NCBI RefSeq assembly: GCF_053078305.1 | Contig: NZ_CP166879.1 | Length of the DNA: 64,000 bases | Direction: 5' to 3' (one strand) | Part shown: piece by piece, positions 1 to 11,713 of the stretch | How positions within the stretch are numbered: position 1 is the stretch's first letter | Layout: each line of letters starts with the position of its first letter | Translations under genes and position numbers: made by a program | Notes under the pieces: model-generated | The model's input: the letters and a program-made list of their open reading frames with translations, nothing else | The model's database searches: none | Told to the model about the DNA's origin: nothing

Positions 1-1560
1 CTTGGCGTGGTTAAAATTCAGGTCTGGTTAAACGACTGGAATAATGATTTTTTCAATGCGCTAAGCCAGAAAGAAACCGATAAGCTTTGGCAGCTTGTCC
101 TTTGGTTCCCTGCCCTGCTGGGGATCTTTGTATTAATATCCGTAAACAAAACATGGTTAATTAAACTGCTGACTATTCGCTGGCGCGAATGGTTAACAGA
201 TTACTACCTTAATCGGTGGTTTGCAGATAAAAACTACTACTTCACGCAGATCTACGGCGAGCATAAAAATACAGATAACCCTGACCAGCGTATCGCTGAA
301 GACATTCTCTTACTGATCAGCAAAACGCTCAGTCTTTCATTTGGCTTCATCCAGTCACTTAGCATGCTGATCACCTTTACCGTTATTCTTTGGCAAAGCG
401 CGGGTACGCTCTCATTCACTGTTGGTGGAACAGAATGGAATATCCAGGGGTATATGGTCTATACCGTCGTGCTCATTGTGATCGGTGGAACTTTATTTAC
501 CCATAAGGTAGGTAAACGTATTCGTCCGCTTAATGTGGAAAAACAACGTAGCGAAGCGACATTTCGAACTAATCTTGTGCAGCATAATAAACAGGCAGAA
601 CTGATTGCGCTAAGCAATGCTGAGTCTCTACAACGCCAGGAGTTGAGCGACAATTTTCATACCATTAAAGAGAACTGGCATCGTTTAATGAATCGTCAGC
701 GGTGGCTTGATTACTGGCAGAATATTTATTCGCGTTCGCTTAGCGTTCTTCCGTACTTTCTGTTATTGCCGCAGTTTATTAGCGGACAGATCAATCTGGG
801 CGGACTGATGAAATCGCGCCAGGCCTTTATGCTGGTATCGAACAATTTAAGCTGGTTTATTTATAAATATGACGAACTTGCTGAACTGGCTGCGGTTATC
901 GATCGTTTGTATGAGTTCCATCAACTCACCGAACAGCGCCCTACGAATAAGCCTAAAAATTGCCAACATGCGGTACAAGTGGCTGATGCGAGTATTCGTA
1001 CTCCTGATAATAAGATCATATTAGAGAACCTGAACTTTCATGTTTCGCCAGGCAAATGGCTATTACTGAAAGGTTACTCTGGTGCGGGAAAAACCACACT
1101 GCTTAAAACATTATCCCACTGCTGGCCGTGGTTTATAGGTGATATTTCTTCTCCTGCCGACAGTTGGTATGTGTCACAAACACCGTTAATCAAAATCGGC
1201 TTACTGAAAGAGATTATTTGTAAAGCACTTCCTCTGCCCGTAGACGATAAATCGTTGAGCGAAATACTGCATCAGGTTGGTCTGGGGAAATTGGCTGCGC
1301 GTATTCATGACCACGATCGCTGGGGAGATATTCTTTCCAGCGGCGAAAAACAACGTATCGCCCTGGCACGATTAATTTTACGACGTCCGAAATGGATATT
1401 TCTTGACGAAACTACCTCTCATCTTGAGGAACAAGAGGCTATCCGCTTACTGCGTTTAGTGCGTGAAAAACTACCCACAAGCGGCGTCATTATGGTTACA
1501 CATCAACCCGGTGTCTGGAACCTGGCAGATGATATTTGTGACATTAGCGCGGTTTTATAA
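1..1560 (+). CDS. yddA: ABC transporter, fused permease/ATP-binding protein, 5' end outside window
   Basis: Open frame runs from base 1; Walker A GYSGAGKTT, ABC signature LSSGEKQR, Walker B IFLDETTS; the N-terminal half is hydrophobic. Confidence 0.9.
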   Translation, partial: LGVVKIQVWLNDWNNDFFNALSQKETDKLWQLVLWFPALLGIFVLISVNKTWLIKLLTIRWREWLTDYYLNRWFADKNYYFTQIYGEHKNTDNPDQRIAEDILLLISKTLSLSFGFIQSLSMLITFTVILWQSAGTLSFTVGGTEWNIQGYMVYTVVLIVIGGTLFTHKVGKRIRPLNVEKQRSEATFRTNLVQHNKQAELIALSNAESLQRQELSDNFHTIKENWHRLMNRQRWLDYWQNIYSRSLSVLPYFLLLPQFISGQINLGGLMKSRQAFMLVSNNLSWFIYKYDELAELAAVIDRLYEFHQLTEQRPTNKPKNCQHAVQVADASIRTPDNKIILENLNFHVSPGKWLLLKGYSGAGKTTLLKTLSHCWPWFIGDISSPADSWYVSQTPLIKIGLLKEIICKALPLPVDDKSLSEILHQVGLGKLAARIHDHDRWGDILSSGEKQRIALARLILRRPKWIFLDETTSHLEEQEAIRLLRLVREKLPTSGVIMVTHQPGVWNLADDICDISAVL

Positions 1561-1597
1561 AAACAATAAAAGCCCTGCTGTACGGAGATATAAATAA

Positions 1598-3970
1598 ATG
1601 AAGCGAGTTCTTATTCCTGGCGTCATTTTATGTGGCGCTGATGTGGCGCAGGCCGTCGATGACAAAAACATGTACATGCATTTTTTTGAAGAGATGACGG
1701 TCTATGCTCCTGTCCCTGTACCCGTAAACGGCAACACGCATTACACCAGTGAAAGCATCGAGCGTTTACCGACCGGGAATGGCAATATCAGCGATCTGCT
1801 GAGAACCAACCCTGCGGTACGCATGGATTCAACGCAAAGTACCTCGTTGAACCAGGGAGATATTCGCCCGGAGAAAATCTCTATTCACGGTGCGTCGCCC
1901 TACCAGAATGCCTATTTGATTGATGGTATTAGTGCCACTAATAACCTGAACCCAGCGAATGAGTCCGATGCCAGTAGTGCAACCAATATTAGCGGGATGT
2001 CACAGGGGTATTATCTTGATGTCAGCTTACTGGACAATGTGACGCTTTATGACAGTTTTGTGCCGGTTGAATTCGGTCGCTTCAATGGCGGGGTAATTGA
2101 TGCAAAGATCAAACGCTTCAACGCTGATGATAGCAGCGTGAAACTGGGTTATCGCACTACGCGTTCGGACTGGTTAACATCGCATATCGATGAGAATAAC
2201 AAGAGCGCATTTAATCAAGGTTCTTCAGGAAGTACTTATTACTCTCCAGATTTTAAAAAGAACTTTTATACCTTGTCGTTTAATCAGGAACTCGCTGATA
2301 ACTTTGGCGTTACCGCCGGTTTATCGCGCCGCCAGTCTGATATCACCCGCGCGGATTATGTTTCGAATGACGGCATTGTCGCCGGTCGGGCACAGTATAA
2401 AAACGTTATCGATACTGCATTGAGCAAATTTACCTGGTTTGCCAGCGACCGCTTTACCCACGATTTAACCTTAAAATATACCGGCTCCAGCCGTGATTAT
2501 AATACCAGCACCTTCCCGCAGTCTGATCGCGAAATGGGTAATAAATCCTATGGTCTGGCATGGGATATGGATACGCAGCTCGCATGGGCCAAACTACGTA
2601 CCACCGTTGGTTGGGATCATATTAGTGATTATACCCGTCACGATCATGACATCTGGTACACCGAACTTTCATGTACATATGGTGATATTACAGGGCGTTG
2701 CACCCGTGGCGGATTAGGACACATTTCCCAGGCTGTAGATAATTACACCTTCAAAACACGCCTGGACTGGCAAAAATTCGCCGTGGGTAATGTTTCGCAT
2801 CAACCCTACTTCGGTGCGGAATACATCTATTCCGATGCGTGGACTGAACGCCATAACCAGTCTGAATCCTATGTGATTAATGCTGCCGGAAAGAAAACTA
2901 ACCATACCATTTACCATAAAGGTAAAGGCAGCCTGGGAATTGACAACTACACACTGTATATGGCGGATCGCATTAGCTGGCGTAATGTGTCATTAATGCC
3001 CGGCGTGCGGTATGACTATGACAACTATCTGTCAAACCACAATATCTCCCCGCGCTTTATGACGGAATGGGATATTTTTGCTGATCAAACCTCAATGATT
3101 ACCGCAGGTTATAACCGTTACTATGGTGGGAATATTCTTGATATGGGATTACGTGATATCCGCAATAGCTGGACGGAATCGGTATCAGGCAATAAAACCC
3201 TGACGCGTTATCAGGATTTGAAAACGCCTTATAACGATGAACTGGCAATGGGATTGCAGCAGAAAATCGGTAAGAACGTTATTGCGCGTGCAAACTATGT
3301 TTACCGTGAAGCGCATGATCAAATCAGCAAAAGCAGTCGCACCGACAGCGCGACTAAAACCACCATTACTGAATATAACAACGATGGCAAAACCAAAACG
3401 CATTCGTTCAACCTCAGTTTTGAGCTGGCCGAACCCCTGCATATCCGCCAGGTAGATATTAACCCACAAATTGTCTTTAGCTATATCAAGAGCAAGGGCA
3501 ACTTGTCGTTAAACAATGGTTATGAGGAGAGCAATACCGGTGATAACCAGGTGGTTTATAACGGTAATCTTGTCTCTTACGATAGCGTTCCAGTGGCAGA
3601 TTTTAATAACCCATTAAAGATCTCCTTAAACATGGATTTCACGCATCAACCGAGCGGGTTAGTGTGGGCGAATACGCTGGCCTGGCAAGAAGCGCGTAAA
3701 GCTCGCATTATCCTGGGTAAGGCGAATGCGCAATACATCAGCGAATATTCAGATTACAAGCAGTATGTTGACGAAAAACTGGATAGCAGCCTGACCTGGG
3801 ACACCCGCTTGTCCTGGACGCCACAATTTCTGAAACAACAAAACCTGACGATCAGTGCCGATATTCTCAATGTACTGGATAGCAAAACCGCGGTTGATAC
3901 AACGAATACCGGTGTGGCGACCTACGCCAGTGGCCGTACTTTCTGGCTTGATGTCAGCATGAAATTTTAA
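1598..3970 (+). CDS. yddB: TonB-dependent receptor-like outer membrane protein
   Basis: 790 aa with N-terminal signal peptide and C-terminal aromatic residue; conserved position between yddA and pqqL. Confidence 0.85.
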   Translation: MKRVLIPGVILCGADVAQAVDDKNMYMHFFEEMTVYAPVPVPVNGNTHYTSESIERLPTGNGNISDLLRTNPAVRMDSTQSTSLNQGDIRPEKISIHGASPYQNAYLIDGISATNNLNPANESDASSATNISGMSQGYYLDVSLLDNVTLYDSFVPVEFGRFNGGVIDAKIKRFNADDSSVKLGYRTTRSDWLTSHIDENNKSAFNQGSSGSTYYSPDFKKNFYTLSFNQELADNFGVTAGLSRRQSDITRADYVSNDGIVAGRAQYKNVIDTALSKFTWFASDRFTHDLTLKYTGSSRDYNTSTFPQSDREMGNKSYGLAWDMDTQLAWAKLRTTVGWDHISDYTRHDHDIWYTELSCTYGDITGRCTRGGLGHISQAVDNYTFKTRLDWQKFAVGNVSHQPYFGAEYIYSDAWTERHNQSESYVINAAGKKTNHTIYHKGKGSLGIDNYTLYMADRISWRNVSLMPGVRYDYDNYLSNHNISPRFMTEWDIFADQTSMITAGYNRYYGGNILDMGLRDIRNSWTESVSGNKTLTRYQDLKTPYNDELAMGLQQKIGKNVIARANYVYREAHDQISKSSRTDSATKTTITEYNNDGKTKTHSFNLSFELAEPLHIRQVDINPQIVFSYIKSKGNLSLNNGYEESNTGDNQVVYNGNLVSYDSVPVADFNNPLKISLNMDFTHQPSGLVWANTLAWQEARKARIILGKANAQYISEYSDYKQYVDEKLDSSLTWDTRLSWTPQFLKQQNLTISADILNVLDSKTAVDTTNTGVATYASGRTFWLDVSMKF

Positions 3971-4014
3971 TAGTTCGGATTTTACTTAACCGGGTAAATT
4001 CGCCCGGTTTTCGC

Positions 4015-6810
4015 ATGGAGATAATTATGAGAAACCTCTGTTTCTTACTGACGTTAGTGGCAACTCTGTTGTTCCCCGGGCGGCTGATTGCCGCCGCCTT
4101 ACCGCAGGATGAAAAGTTAATTACCGGGCAACTGGACAATGGCTTGCGATATATGATTTATCCGCATGCTCATCCAAAGGATCAGGTAAATTTATGGCTG
4201 CAAATTCATACCGGTTCATTGCAGGAAGAAGACAATGAGCGCGGCGTGGCTCATTTTGTAGAACATATGATGTTTAACGGCACAAAAACATGGCCGGGTA
4301 ATAAAGTCATCGAAACATTTGAGTTAATGGGCCTGCGTTTTGGTCGCGATGTTAATGCCTATACCAGCTATGACGAAACGGTGTATCAGGTGAGTTTGCC
4401 AACTACGCAGAAACAAAATCTGCAACAAGTGATGGCAATCTTCAGTGAATGGAGTAATGCCGCAACCTTTGAAAAACTCGAAGTAGACGCTGAACGCGGC
4501 GTAATTACTGAGGAATGGCGTGCCCATCAGGATGCGAAATGGCGCACCTCTCAGGCGCGCCGCCCTTTCCTGCTGGCTAATACCCGTAATTTAGACCGTG
4601 AACCTATCGGCCTGATGGATACTGTCGCCACGGTCACACCGGCACAATTGCGCCAATTTTATCAACGCTGGTATCAACCAAATAATATGACCTTTATCGT
4701 GGTTGGCGATATCGACAGTAAAGAAGCGCTGGCGCTGATAAAGGATAATTTAAGTAAGCTTCCGGCTAACAAAGCAGCTGAAAATCGCGTCTGGCCGACA
4801 AAAGCCGAAAACCACCTGCGCTTTAATATCATTAATGATAAAGAAAACCGGGTGAACGGCATCGCACTCTATTATCGCCTGCCAATGGTACAAGTGAACG
4901 ATGAGCAAAGCTTTATCGAACAAGCTGAATGGAGCATGTTAGTTCAGCTGTTCAATCAACGTCTGCAGGAACGTATACAGTCGGGCGAGTTGAAGACTAT
5001 TTCTGGCGGCACTGCGCGCAGCGTTAGAATTGCACCCGATTATCAGTCGCTGTTTTTCCGTGTAAATGCACGAGACGATAATATGCAGGATGCTGCGAAT
5101 GCATTAATGGCAGAGTTGGCAACCATTGATCAGCATGGTTTTTCTGCTGAAGAACTCGATGATGTCAAATCTACCCGCCTCACCTGGCTGAAAAATGCGG
5201 TTGATCAGCAAGCTGAACGTGATTTACGTATGCTGACCAGTCGCCTGGCATCCAGCTCATTAAATAATACGCCGTTCTTGTCGCCGGAAGAGACATATCA
5301 ACTTTCGAAACGTCTGTGGCAGCAAATTACCGTGCAAAGTCTGGCGGAAAAATGGCAGCAGTTAAGAAAGAACCAGGACGCATTTTGGGAGCAAATGGTA
5401 AACAATGAGCTTGCCGCAAAAAAAGCATTGTCTCCTGCGGCTATCCTGGCGCTGGAAAAAGAGTACGCCAACAAAAAGCTGGCGGCTTACATCTTCCCAG
5501 GCAGAAATTTATCGTTAACAGTAGACGCTGACCCACAGGCGGAAATTAGCAGCAAAGAAACGCTGGCTGAGAATCTGACATCATTAACACTTTCCAATGG
5601 TGCCAGGGTTATTCTGGCAAAATCCGCGGGTGAAGAGCAAAAACTACAAATTATTGCCGTATCGAATAAAGGCGATTTAAGTTTCCCTGCGCAGCAAAAA
5701 TCACTTATCGCGCTGGCAAATAAAGCAGTTAGCGGAAGCGGCGTTGGCGAACTCTCCTCTTCCAGCCTGAAACGCTGGAGTGCGGAAAACTCGGTAACCA
5801 TGAGCAGTAAAGTCAGTGGCATGAATACGTTGCTCTCCGTTAGCGCGCGGACTAATAACCCTGAACCTGGTTTTCAGTTGATTAACCAGCGAATCACCCA
5901 CAGCACGATTAACGACAATATTTGGGCATCGCTACAAAATGCTCAAATTCAGGCGTTGAAAACGCTCGACCAGCGTCCAGCGGAGAAATTCGCCCAGCAG
6001 ATGTATGAGACGCGCTATGCTGATGACCGCACGAAATTACTGCAAGAAAATCAGATTGCACAGTTTACTGCCGCAGATGCGCTGGCTGCCGATCGCCAGT
6101 TGTTTTCATCTCCAGCGGATATCACGTTTGTCATTGTCGGTAATGTCGCAGAAGACAAACTCGTGGCGTTAATTACGCGTTACTTAGGATCAATCAAACA
6201 CTCTGATTCGCCATTAGCCGCAGGTAAACCATTAACTCGCGCGACGGACAACGCATCGGTTACTGTAAAGGAACAAAATGAACCTGTGGCACAGGTTTCA
6301 CAGTGGAAGCGTTATGATTCCCGGACACCTGTTAATCTGGCGACGCGTATGGCGCTCGATGCTTTTAACGTCGCACTGGCAAAAGATCTACGCGTTAATA
6401 TTCGTGAACAGGCATCTGGGGCATACAGCGTTTCTTCTCGCCTCTCGGTTGATCCTCAGGCCAAAGATATCAGTCATTTGCTGGCTTTTACTTGTCAACC
6501 AGAACGACATGATGAACTGTTAACGTTAGCGAATGAAGTGATGGTTAAGCGTCTGGCTAAAGGGATCAGTGAGCAAGAACTGAATGAATACCAGCAAAAC
6601 GTTCAGCGCAGCCTCGATATCCAACAGCGTAGCGTTCAACAATTAGCGAACACTATTGTAAATAGTCTTATTCAATATGACGATCCTGCAGCATGGACTG
6701 AGCAGGAGCAATTGTTGAAACAAATGACGGTAGAGAATGTTAACACTGCCGTTAAACAATATCTTTCTCATCCGGTAAATACTTATACTGGAGTATTATT
6801 GCCAAAATAA
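4015..6810 (+). CDS. pqqL: Periplasmic M16-family zinc metallopeptidase
   Basis: 931 aa, signal peptide, inverted zinc-binding motif HFVEHMMFNG; start could be the downstream Met (MRNLCF). Confidence 0.88.
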   Translation: MEIIMRNLCFLLTLVATLLFPGRLIAAALPQDEKLITGQLDNGLRYMIYPHAHPKDQVNLWLQIHTGSLQEEDNERGVAHFVEHMMFNGTKTWPGNKVIETFELMGLRFGRDVNAYTSYDETVYQVSLPTTQKQNLQQVMAIFSEWSNAATFEKLEVDAERGVITEEWRAHQDAKWRTSQARRPFLLANTRNLDREPIGLMDTVATVTPAQLRQFYQRWYQPNNMTFIVVGDIDSKEALALIKDNLSKLPANKAAENRVWPTKAENHLRFNIINDKENRVNGIALYYRLPMVQVNDEQSFIEQAEWSMLVQLFNQRLQERIQSGELKTISGGTARSVRIAPDYQSLFFRVNARDDNMQDAANALMAELATIDQHGFSAEELDDVKSTRLTWLKNAVDQQAERDLRMLTSRLASSSLNNTPFLSPEETYQLSKRLWQQITVQSLAEKWQQLRKNQDAFWEQMVNNELAAKKALSPAAILALEKEYANKKLAAYIFPGRNLSLTVDADPQAEISSKETLAENLTSLTLSNGARVILAKSAGEEQKLQIIAVSNKGDLSFPAQQKSLIALANKAVSGSGVGELSSSSLKRWSAENSVTMSSKVSGMNTLLSVSARTNNPEPGFQLINQRITHSTINDNIWASLQNAQIQALKTLDQRPAEKFAQQMYETRYADDRTKLLQENQIAQFTAADALAADRQLFSSPADITFVIVGNVAEDKLVALITRYLGSIKHSDSPLAAGKPLTRATDNASVTVKEQNEPVAQVSQWKRYDSRTPVNLATRMALDAFNVALAKDLRVNIREQASGAYSVSSRLSVDPQAKDISHLLAFTCQPERHDELLTLANEVMVKRLAKGISEQELNEYQQNVQRSLDIQQRSVQQLANTIVNSLIQYDDPAAWTEQEQLLKQMTVENVNTAVKQYLSHPVNTYTGVLLPK

Positions 6811-6816
6811 TAACAG

Positions 6817-6847
6817 CCCCGTCAACACATCGTTGGCGGGGATTTTA
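6817..6847 (+). terminator. Rho-independent terminator after pqqL
   Basis: Hairpin ccccgtcaac/gttggcgggg (one G-U pair) followed by a T-rich tail. Confidence 0.6.
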
Positions 6848-7072
6848 GCAATATTCGCTATTTTTATGTAATAATTTTATAAATGCGTTCAAAATAATAA
6901 CCAAGTACTAATAGTGATATTTTAAGGTCTGATTTTTACGTGATAATTCAGGAGGCACAGAAAGCGCATAAAAATAACAACATAAAACACCTTACCACCA
7001 CCCAAGAATTCTCTATTGCATTGTTTTTTAATGAAAAAATATTATTTCAACAATATCTCACGATAAATAACA

Positions 7073-7092
7073 TTAGGATTTTGTTATTTAAA
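7073..7092 (+). promoter_or_regulatory. GAD box (GadE/GadX-type activator site) in the gadB promoter
   Basis: Exact 20-mer TTAGGATTTTGTTATTTAAA about 80 bp upstream of the gadB ATG, inside an AT-rich leader. Confidence 0.75.
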
Positions 7093-7171
7093 CACGAGTC
7101 CTTTGCACTTGCTTACTTTATCGATAAATCCTACTTTTTTAATGCGATCCAATCATTTTAAGGAGTTTAAA

Positions 7172-8572
7172 ATGGATAAGAAGCAAGTAACGGATTTAAG
7201 GTCGGAACTACTCGATTCACGTTTTGGTGCGAAGTCTATTTCCACTATCGCAGAATCAAAACGTTTTCCGCTGCACGAAATGCGCGACGATGTCGCATTT
7301 CAGATTATCAATGACGAATTATATCTTGATGGCAACGCTCGTCAGAACCTGGCCACTTTCTGCCAGACCTGGGACGACGAAAATGTCCACAAGTTGATGG
7401 ATTTATCCATTAACAAAAACTGGATCGACAAAGAAGAATATCCGCAATCCGCAGCCATCGACCTGCGTTGCGTAAATATGGTTGCCGATCTGTGGCATGC
7501 GCCTGCGCCGAAAAATGGTCAGGCCGTTGGCACCAACACCATTGGTTCTTCCGAGGCCTGTATGCTCGGCGGGATGGCGATGAAATGGCGTTGGCGCAAG
7601 CGTATGGAAGCTGCAGGCAAACCAACGGATAAACCAAACCTGGTGTGCGGCCCGGTGCAAATCTGCTGGCATAAATTCGCCCGCTACTGGGATGTGGAGC
7701 TGCGTGAGATCCCTATGCGCCCCGGTCAGTTGTTTATGGATCCGAAACGCATGATTGAAGCCTGCGACGAAAATACCATCGGCGTGGTGCCGACTTTCGG
7801 CGTGACCTACACCGGTAACTATGAGTTCCCGCAACCGCTGCACGATGCGCTGGATAAATTCCAGGCCGACACCGGTATCGACATCGACATGCACATCGAC
7901 GCCGCCAGTGGTGGCTTCCTGGCACCGTTCGTCGCCCCGGATATCGTCTGGGACTTCCGCCTGCCACGTGTGAAATCGATCAGTGCTTCAGGCCATAAAT
8001 TCGGTCTGGCTCCGCTGGGCTGCGGCTGGGTTATCTGGCGTGACGAAGAAGCGCTGCCGCAGGAACTGGTGTTCAACGTTGACTACCTGGGGGGTCAGAT
8101 TGGTACTTTCGCCATCAACTTCTCCCGCCCGGCGGGTCAGGTAATTGCACAGTACTATGAATTCCTGCGCCTCGGTCGTGAAGGCTACACCAAAGTACAG
8201 AACGCCTCTTACCAGGTTGCCGCTTATCTGGCGGATGAAATCGCCAAACTGGGGCCGTATGAGTTCATCTGTACCGGTCGCCCGGACGAAGGCATTCCGG
8301 CGGTTTGCTTCAAACTCAAAGATGGTGAAGATCCGGGATACACCCTGTACGACCTCTCTGAACGTCTGCGTCTGCGCGGCTGGCAGGTTCCGGCCTTCAC
8401 TCTCGGCGGTGAAGCCACCGACATCGTGGTGATGCGCATTATGTGTCGTCGCGGCTTCGAAATGGACTTTGCTGAACTGTTGCTGGAAGACTACAAAGCC
8501 TCCCTGAAATATCTCAGCGATCACCCGAAACTGCAGGGTATTGCCCAACAGAACAGCTTTAAACATACCTGA
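7172..8572 (+). CDS. gadB: Glutamate decarboxylase beta (PLP-dependent)
   Basis: 466 aa starting [22 protein letters not shown]-lysine context [10 protein letters not shown]; the ORF-track start at 7103 is an upstream in-frame extension. Confidence 0.95.
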   Translation: MDKKQVTDLRSELLDSRFGAKSISTIAESKRFPLHEMRDDVAFQIINDELYLDGNARQNLATFCQTWDDENVHKLMDLSINKNWIDKEEYPQSAAIDLRCVNMVADLWHAPAPKNGQAVGTNTIGSSEACMLGGMAMKWRWRKRMEAAGKPTDKPNLVCGPVQICWHKFARYWDVELREIPMRPGQLFMDPKRMIEACDENTIGVVPTFGVTYTGNYEFPQPLHDALDKFQADTGIDIDMHIDAASGGFLAPFVAPDIVWDFRLPRVKSISASGHKFGLAPLGCGWVIWRDEEALPQELVFNVDYLGGQIGTFAINFSRPAGQVIAQYYEFLRLGREGYTKVQNASYQVAAYLADEIAKLGPYEFICTGRPDEGIPAVCFKLKDGEDPGYTLYDLSERLRLRGWQVPAFTLGGEATDIVVMRIMCRRGFEMDFAELLLEDYKASLKYLSDHPKLQGIAQQNSFKHT

Positions 8573-8592
8573 TAACGTTTAACGGTAACGGT

Positions 8593-8618
8593 GTCCCGAA
8601 ACGAACCCGTTTCGGGAC
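8593..8618 (+). other. Perfect 11-bp inverted repeat (stem-loop) in the gadB-gadC intergenic region
   Basis: gtcccgaaacg aacc cgtttcgggac read directly from the sequence; no T-tract follows. Confidence 0.6.
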
Positions 8619-8727
8619 AATTTCCAAAGTCTGTTCACTGGCATTAGCAACGGAAAATATTGTTCTGAATACGCTTCAGAACAAAACAGGTGCGGTTCCG
8701 ACAGGAATACCGTTTTAGGGGGATAAT

Positions 8728-10263
8728 ATGGCTACATCAGTACAGACAGGTAAAGCTAAGCAGCTCACATTACTCGGCTTTTTTGCCATAACGGCATCGA
8801 TGGTAATGGCTGTTTATGAATACCCTACCTTCGCAACATCGGGCTTTTCATTAGTCTTCTTCCTGCTATTAGGCGGGATTTTATGGTTTATTCCCGTGGG
8901 ACTTTGTGCTGCGGAAATGGCCACCGTCGACGGCTGGGAAGAAGGTGGTGTCTTCGCCTGGGTATCAAATACTCTGGGGCCGAGATGGGGATTTGCAGCG
9001 ATCTCATTTGGCTATCTGCAAATCGCCATTGGTTTTATTCCGATGCTCTATTTCGTGTTAGGGGCACTCTCCTACATCCTGAAATGGCCAGCGCTGAATG
9101 AAGACCCCATTACCAAAACTATTGCAGCACTCATCATTCTTTGGGCGCTGGCATTAACGCAGTTTGGTGGCACGAAATACACGGCGCGAATTGCTAAAGT
9201 TGGCTTCTTCGCCGGCATCCTGTTACCTGCATTTATTTTGATTGCATTAGCGGCTATTTATCTGCACTCCGGTGCCCCCGTTGCTATCGAAATGGATTCG
9301 AAGACCTTCTTCCCTGACTTCTCTAAAGTGGGCACCCTGGTAGTATTTGTTGCCTTCATTTTGAGTTATATGGGCGTAGAAGCATCCGCAACCCACGTCA
9401 ATGAAATGAGCAACCCAGGGCGCGACTATCCACTGGCTATGTTACTGCTGATGGTGGCGGCAATCTGCTTAAGCTCTGTTGGTGGTTTGTCTATTGCGAT
9501 GGTCATTCCGGGTAATGAAATCAACCTCTCCGCAGGGGTAATGCAAACCTTTACCGTTCTGATGTCTCATGTGGCACCGGAAATTGAGTGGACGGTTCGC
9601 GTGATCTCCGCACTGCTGTTGCTGGGTGTTCTGGCGGAAATCGCCTCCTGGATTGTTGGTCCTTCTCGCGGGATGTATGTCACAGCGCAGAAAAACCTGC
9701 TGCCAGCGGCATTCGCTAAAATGAACAAAAATGGCGTACCGGTAACGCTGGTCATTTCGCAGCTGGTGATTACTTCTATCGCGTTGATCATCCTCACCAA
9801 TACCGGTGGCGGTAACAACATGTCCTTCCTGATCGCACTGGCGCTGACGGTGGTGATTTATCTGTGTGCTTATTTCATGCTGTTTATTGGCTACATTGTG
9901 TTGGTTCTTAAACATCCTGACTTAAAACGCACATTTAATATCCCTGGTGGTAAAGGGGTGAAACTGGTCGTGGCAATTGTCGGTCTGCTGACTTCAATTA
10001 TGGCGTTTATTGTTTCCTTCCTGCCGCCGGATAACATCCAGGGTGACTCTACCGATATGTATGTTGAATTACTGGTCGTTAGTTTCCTGGTGGTACTTGC
10101 CCTGCCCTTTATTCTCTATGCTGTTCATGATCGTAAAGGCAAAGCGAATACCGGCGTCACTCTGGAGCCAATCAACAGTCAGAACGCACCAAAAGGTCAC
10201 TTCTTCCTGCACCCGCGTGCACGTTCACCACACTATATTGTGATGAATGACAAGAAACACTAA
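8728..10263 (+). CDS. gadC: Glutamate:GABA antiporter (APC family)
   Basis: 511 aa polytopic membrane protein immediately downstream of gadB. Confidence 0.95.
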   Translation: MATSVQTGKAKQLTLLGFFAITASMVMAVYEYPTFATSGFSLVFFLLLGGILWFIPVGLCAAEMATVDGWEEGGVFAWVSNTLGPRWGFAAISFGYLQIAIGFIPMLYFVLGALSYILKWPALNEDPITKTIAALIILWALALTQFGGTKYTARIAKVGFFAGILLPAFILIALAAIYLHSGAPVAIEMDSKTFFPDFSKVGTLVVFVAFILSYMGVEASATHVNEMSNPGRDYPLAMLLLMVAAICLSSVGGLSIAMVIPGNEINLSAGVMQTFTVLMSHVAPEIEWTVRVISALLLLGVLAEIASWIVGPSRGMYVTAQKNLLPAAFAKMNKNGVPVTLVISQLVITSIALIILTNTGGGNNMSFLIALALTVVIYLCAYFMLFIGYIVLVLKHPDLKRTFNIPGGKGVKLVVAIVGLLTSIMAFIVSFLPPDNIQGDSTDMYVELLVVSFLVVLALPFILYAVHDRKGKANTGVTLEPINSQNAPKGHFFLHPRARSPHYIVMNDKKH

Positions 10264-10286
10264 CCATGTCTGAATGGTTATAAGAT

Positions 10287-10316
10287 AAGGGAGCGATAAT
10301 TCATCGCTCCCTTTTT
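10287..10316 (+). terminator. Rho-independent terminator after gadC
   Basis: 11-bp perfect stem aagggagcgat/atcgctccctt with 5-nt loop, followed by TTT. Confidence 0.75.
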
Positions 10317-10393
10317 CGTGCTTGCTGTCGTATTGACTTAACCGGGATAAGTACGAGAATGAGCGCACATCTGTTTACCGGAAACCAGCACAT

Positions 10394-11713
10394 ATGGATA
10401 TCTGCTCCCGAAACGAGAAATTAGCGATTAGAAGACCAGCGATACTGGTTGCACTGGCACTTTTACTGTGTAGTTGTAAAAGCACGCCTCCAGAGTCCAT
10501 GGTGACACCACCAGCAGGTTCAAATCCACCAGCCACGACGCAACAATCGTCACAACCGATGCGTGGCATCTGGCTGGCCACGGTGTCTCGCCTCGACTGG
10601 CCACCGGTTTCCTCGGTTAACATTAGTAACCCCACCAGCCGGGCCCGTGTACAACAACAGGCGATGATCGACAAACTGGATCATCTGCAACGTCTCGGTA
10701 TAAACACGGTCTTTTTCCAGGTCAAGCCGGACGGTACCGCCCTGTGGCCTTCAAAAATTTTGCCGTGGTCCGATCTTATGACCGGTAAGATTGGTGAAAA
10801 TCCGGGTTACGATCCGCTGCAATTTATGCTCGACGAAGCCCACAAGCGTGGGATGAAAGTACACGCCTGGTTTAACCCCTATCGCGTATCGGTTAATACG
10901 AAGCCCGGTACTATCAGGGAACTGAATAGCACCCTGTCTCAACAACCGGCGAGCGTCTATGTGCAACACCGCGACTGGATCAGAACGTCCGGCGATCGCT
11001 TTGTCCTCGACCCGGGCATCCCTGAGGTTCAGGACTGGATCACATCAATAGTCGCAGAAGTGGTTTCCCGCTATCCGGTAGATGGCGTGCAGTTTGACGA
11101 CTATTTCTATACTGAGTCACCGGGTTCACGGCTAAATGATAACGAAACGTACCGCAAATACGGAGGCGCATTTGCGTCAAAAGCAGACTGGCGGCGCAAC
11201 AATACTCAGCAGTTAATTGCAAAGGTATCGCACACCATTAAAAGCATTAAGCCGGGAGTCGAATTTGGTGTTAGCCCGGCAGGCGTGTGGCGTAACCGAT
11301 CACACGATCCGCTCGGTTCCGATACCCGAGGCGCGGCAGCCTATGACGAATCCTACGCTGACACCCGTCGATGGGTGGAACAAGGATTGCTGGATTACAT
11401 TGCTCCCCAAATTTACTGGCCGTTCTCACGGAGTGCCGCGCGTTATGACGTGTTGGCAAAATGGTGGGCGGATGTCGTTAAACCGACCAGGACCCGCCTG
11501 TATATCGGTATCGCCTTCTATAAAGTGGGTGAACCTTCAAAGATAGAGCCAGACTGGATGATTAACGGCGGCGTACCGGAACTGAAAAAGCAGCTCGATC
11601 TTAACGATGCGGTACCCGAAATTAGCGGCACCATCTTGTTCCGTGAGGACTATCTGAATAAACCGCAGACTCAACAAGCGGTCAGCTATCTGCAAAGTCG
11701 TTGGGGCAGTTAA
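10394..11713 (+). CDS. yddW: Lipoprotein, glycosyl hydrolase-like (GH10-like) family
   Basis: 439 aa with signal/lipobox-like N-terminus (LLLCSC); conserved position between gadC and dosC. Confidence 0.85.
   Translation: MDICSRNEKLAIRRPAILVALALLLCSCKSTPPESMVTPPAGSNPPATTQQSSQPMRGIWLATVSRLDWPPVSSVNISNPTSRARVQQQAMIDKLDHLQRLGINTVFFQVKPDGTALWPSKILPWSDLMTGKIGENPGYDPLQFMLDEAHKRGMKVHAWFNPYRVSVNTKPGTIRELNSTLSQQPASVYVQHRDWIRTSGDRFVLDPGIPEVQDWITSIVAEVVSRYPVDGVQFDDYFYTESPGSRLNDNETYRKYGGAFASKADWRRNNTQQLIAKVSHTIKSIKPGVEFGVSPAGVWRNRSHDPLGSDTRGAAAYDESYADTRRWVEQGLLDYIAPQIYWPFSRSAARYDVLAKWWADVVKPTRTRLYIGIAFYKVGEPSKIEPDWMINGGVPELKKQLDLNDAVPEISGTILFREDYLNKPQTQQAVSYLQSRWGS

Noticed and set aside
7403-8566. Minus-strand ORFs (163 aa, 192 aa and others) inside gadB
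   Set aside because: Antisense to the unmistakable glutamate decarboxylase frame, with low-complexity Arg-rich translations.
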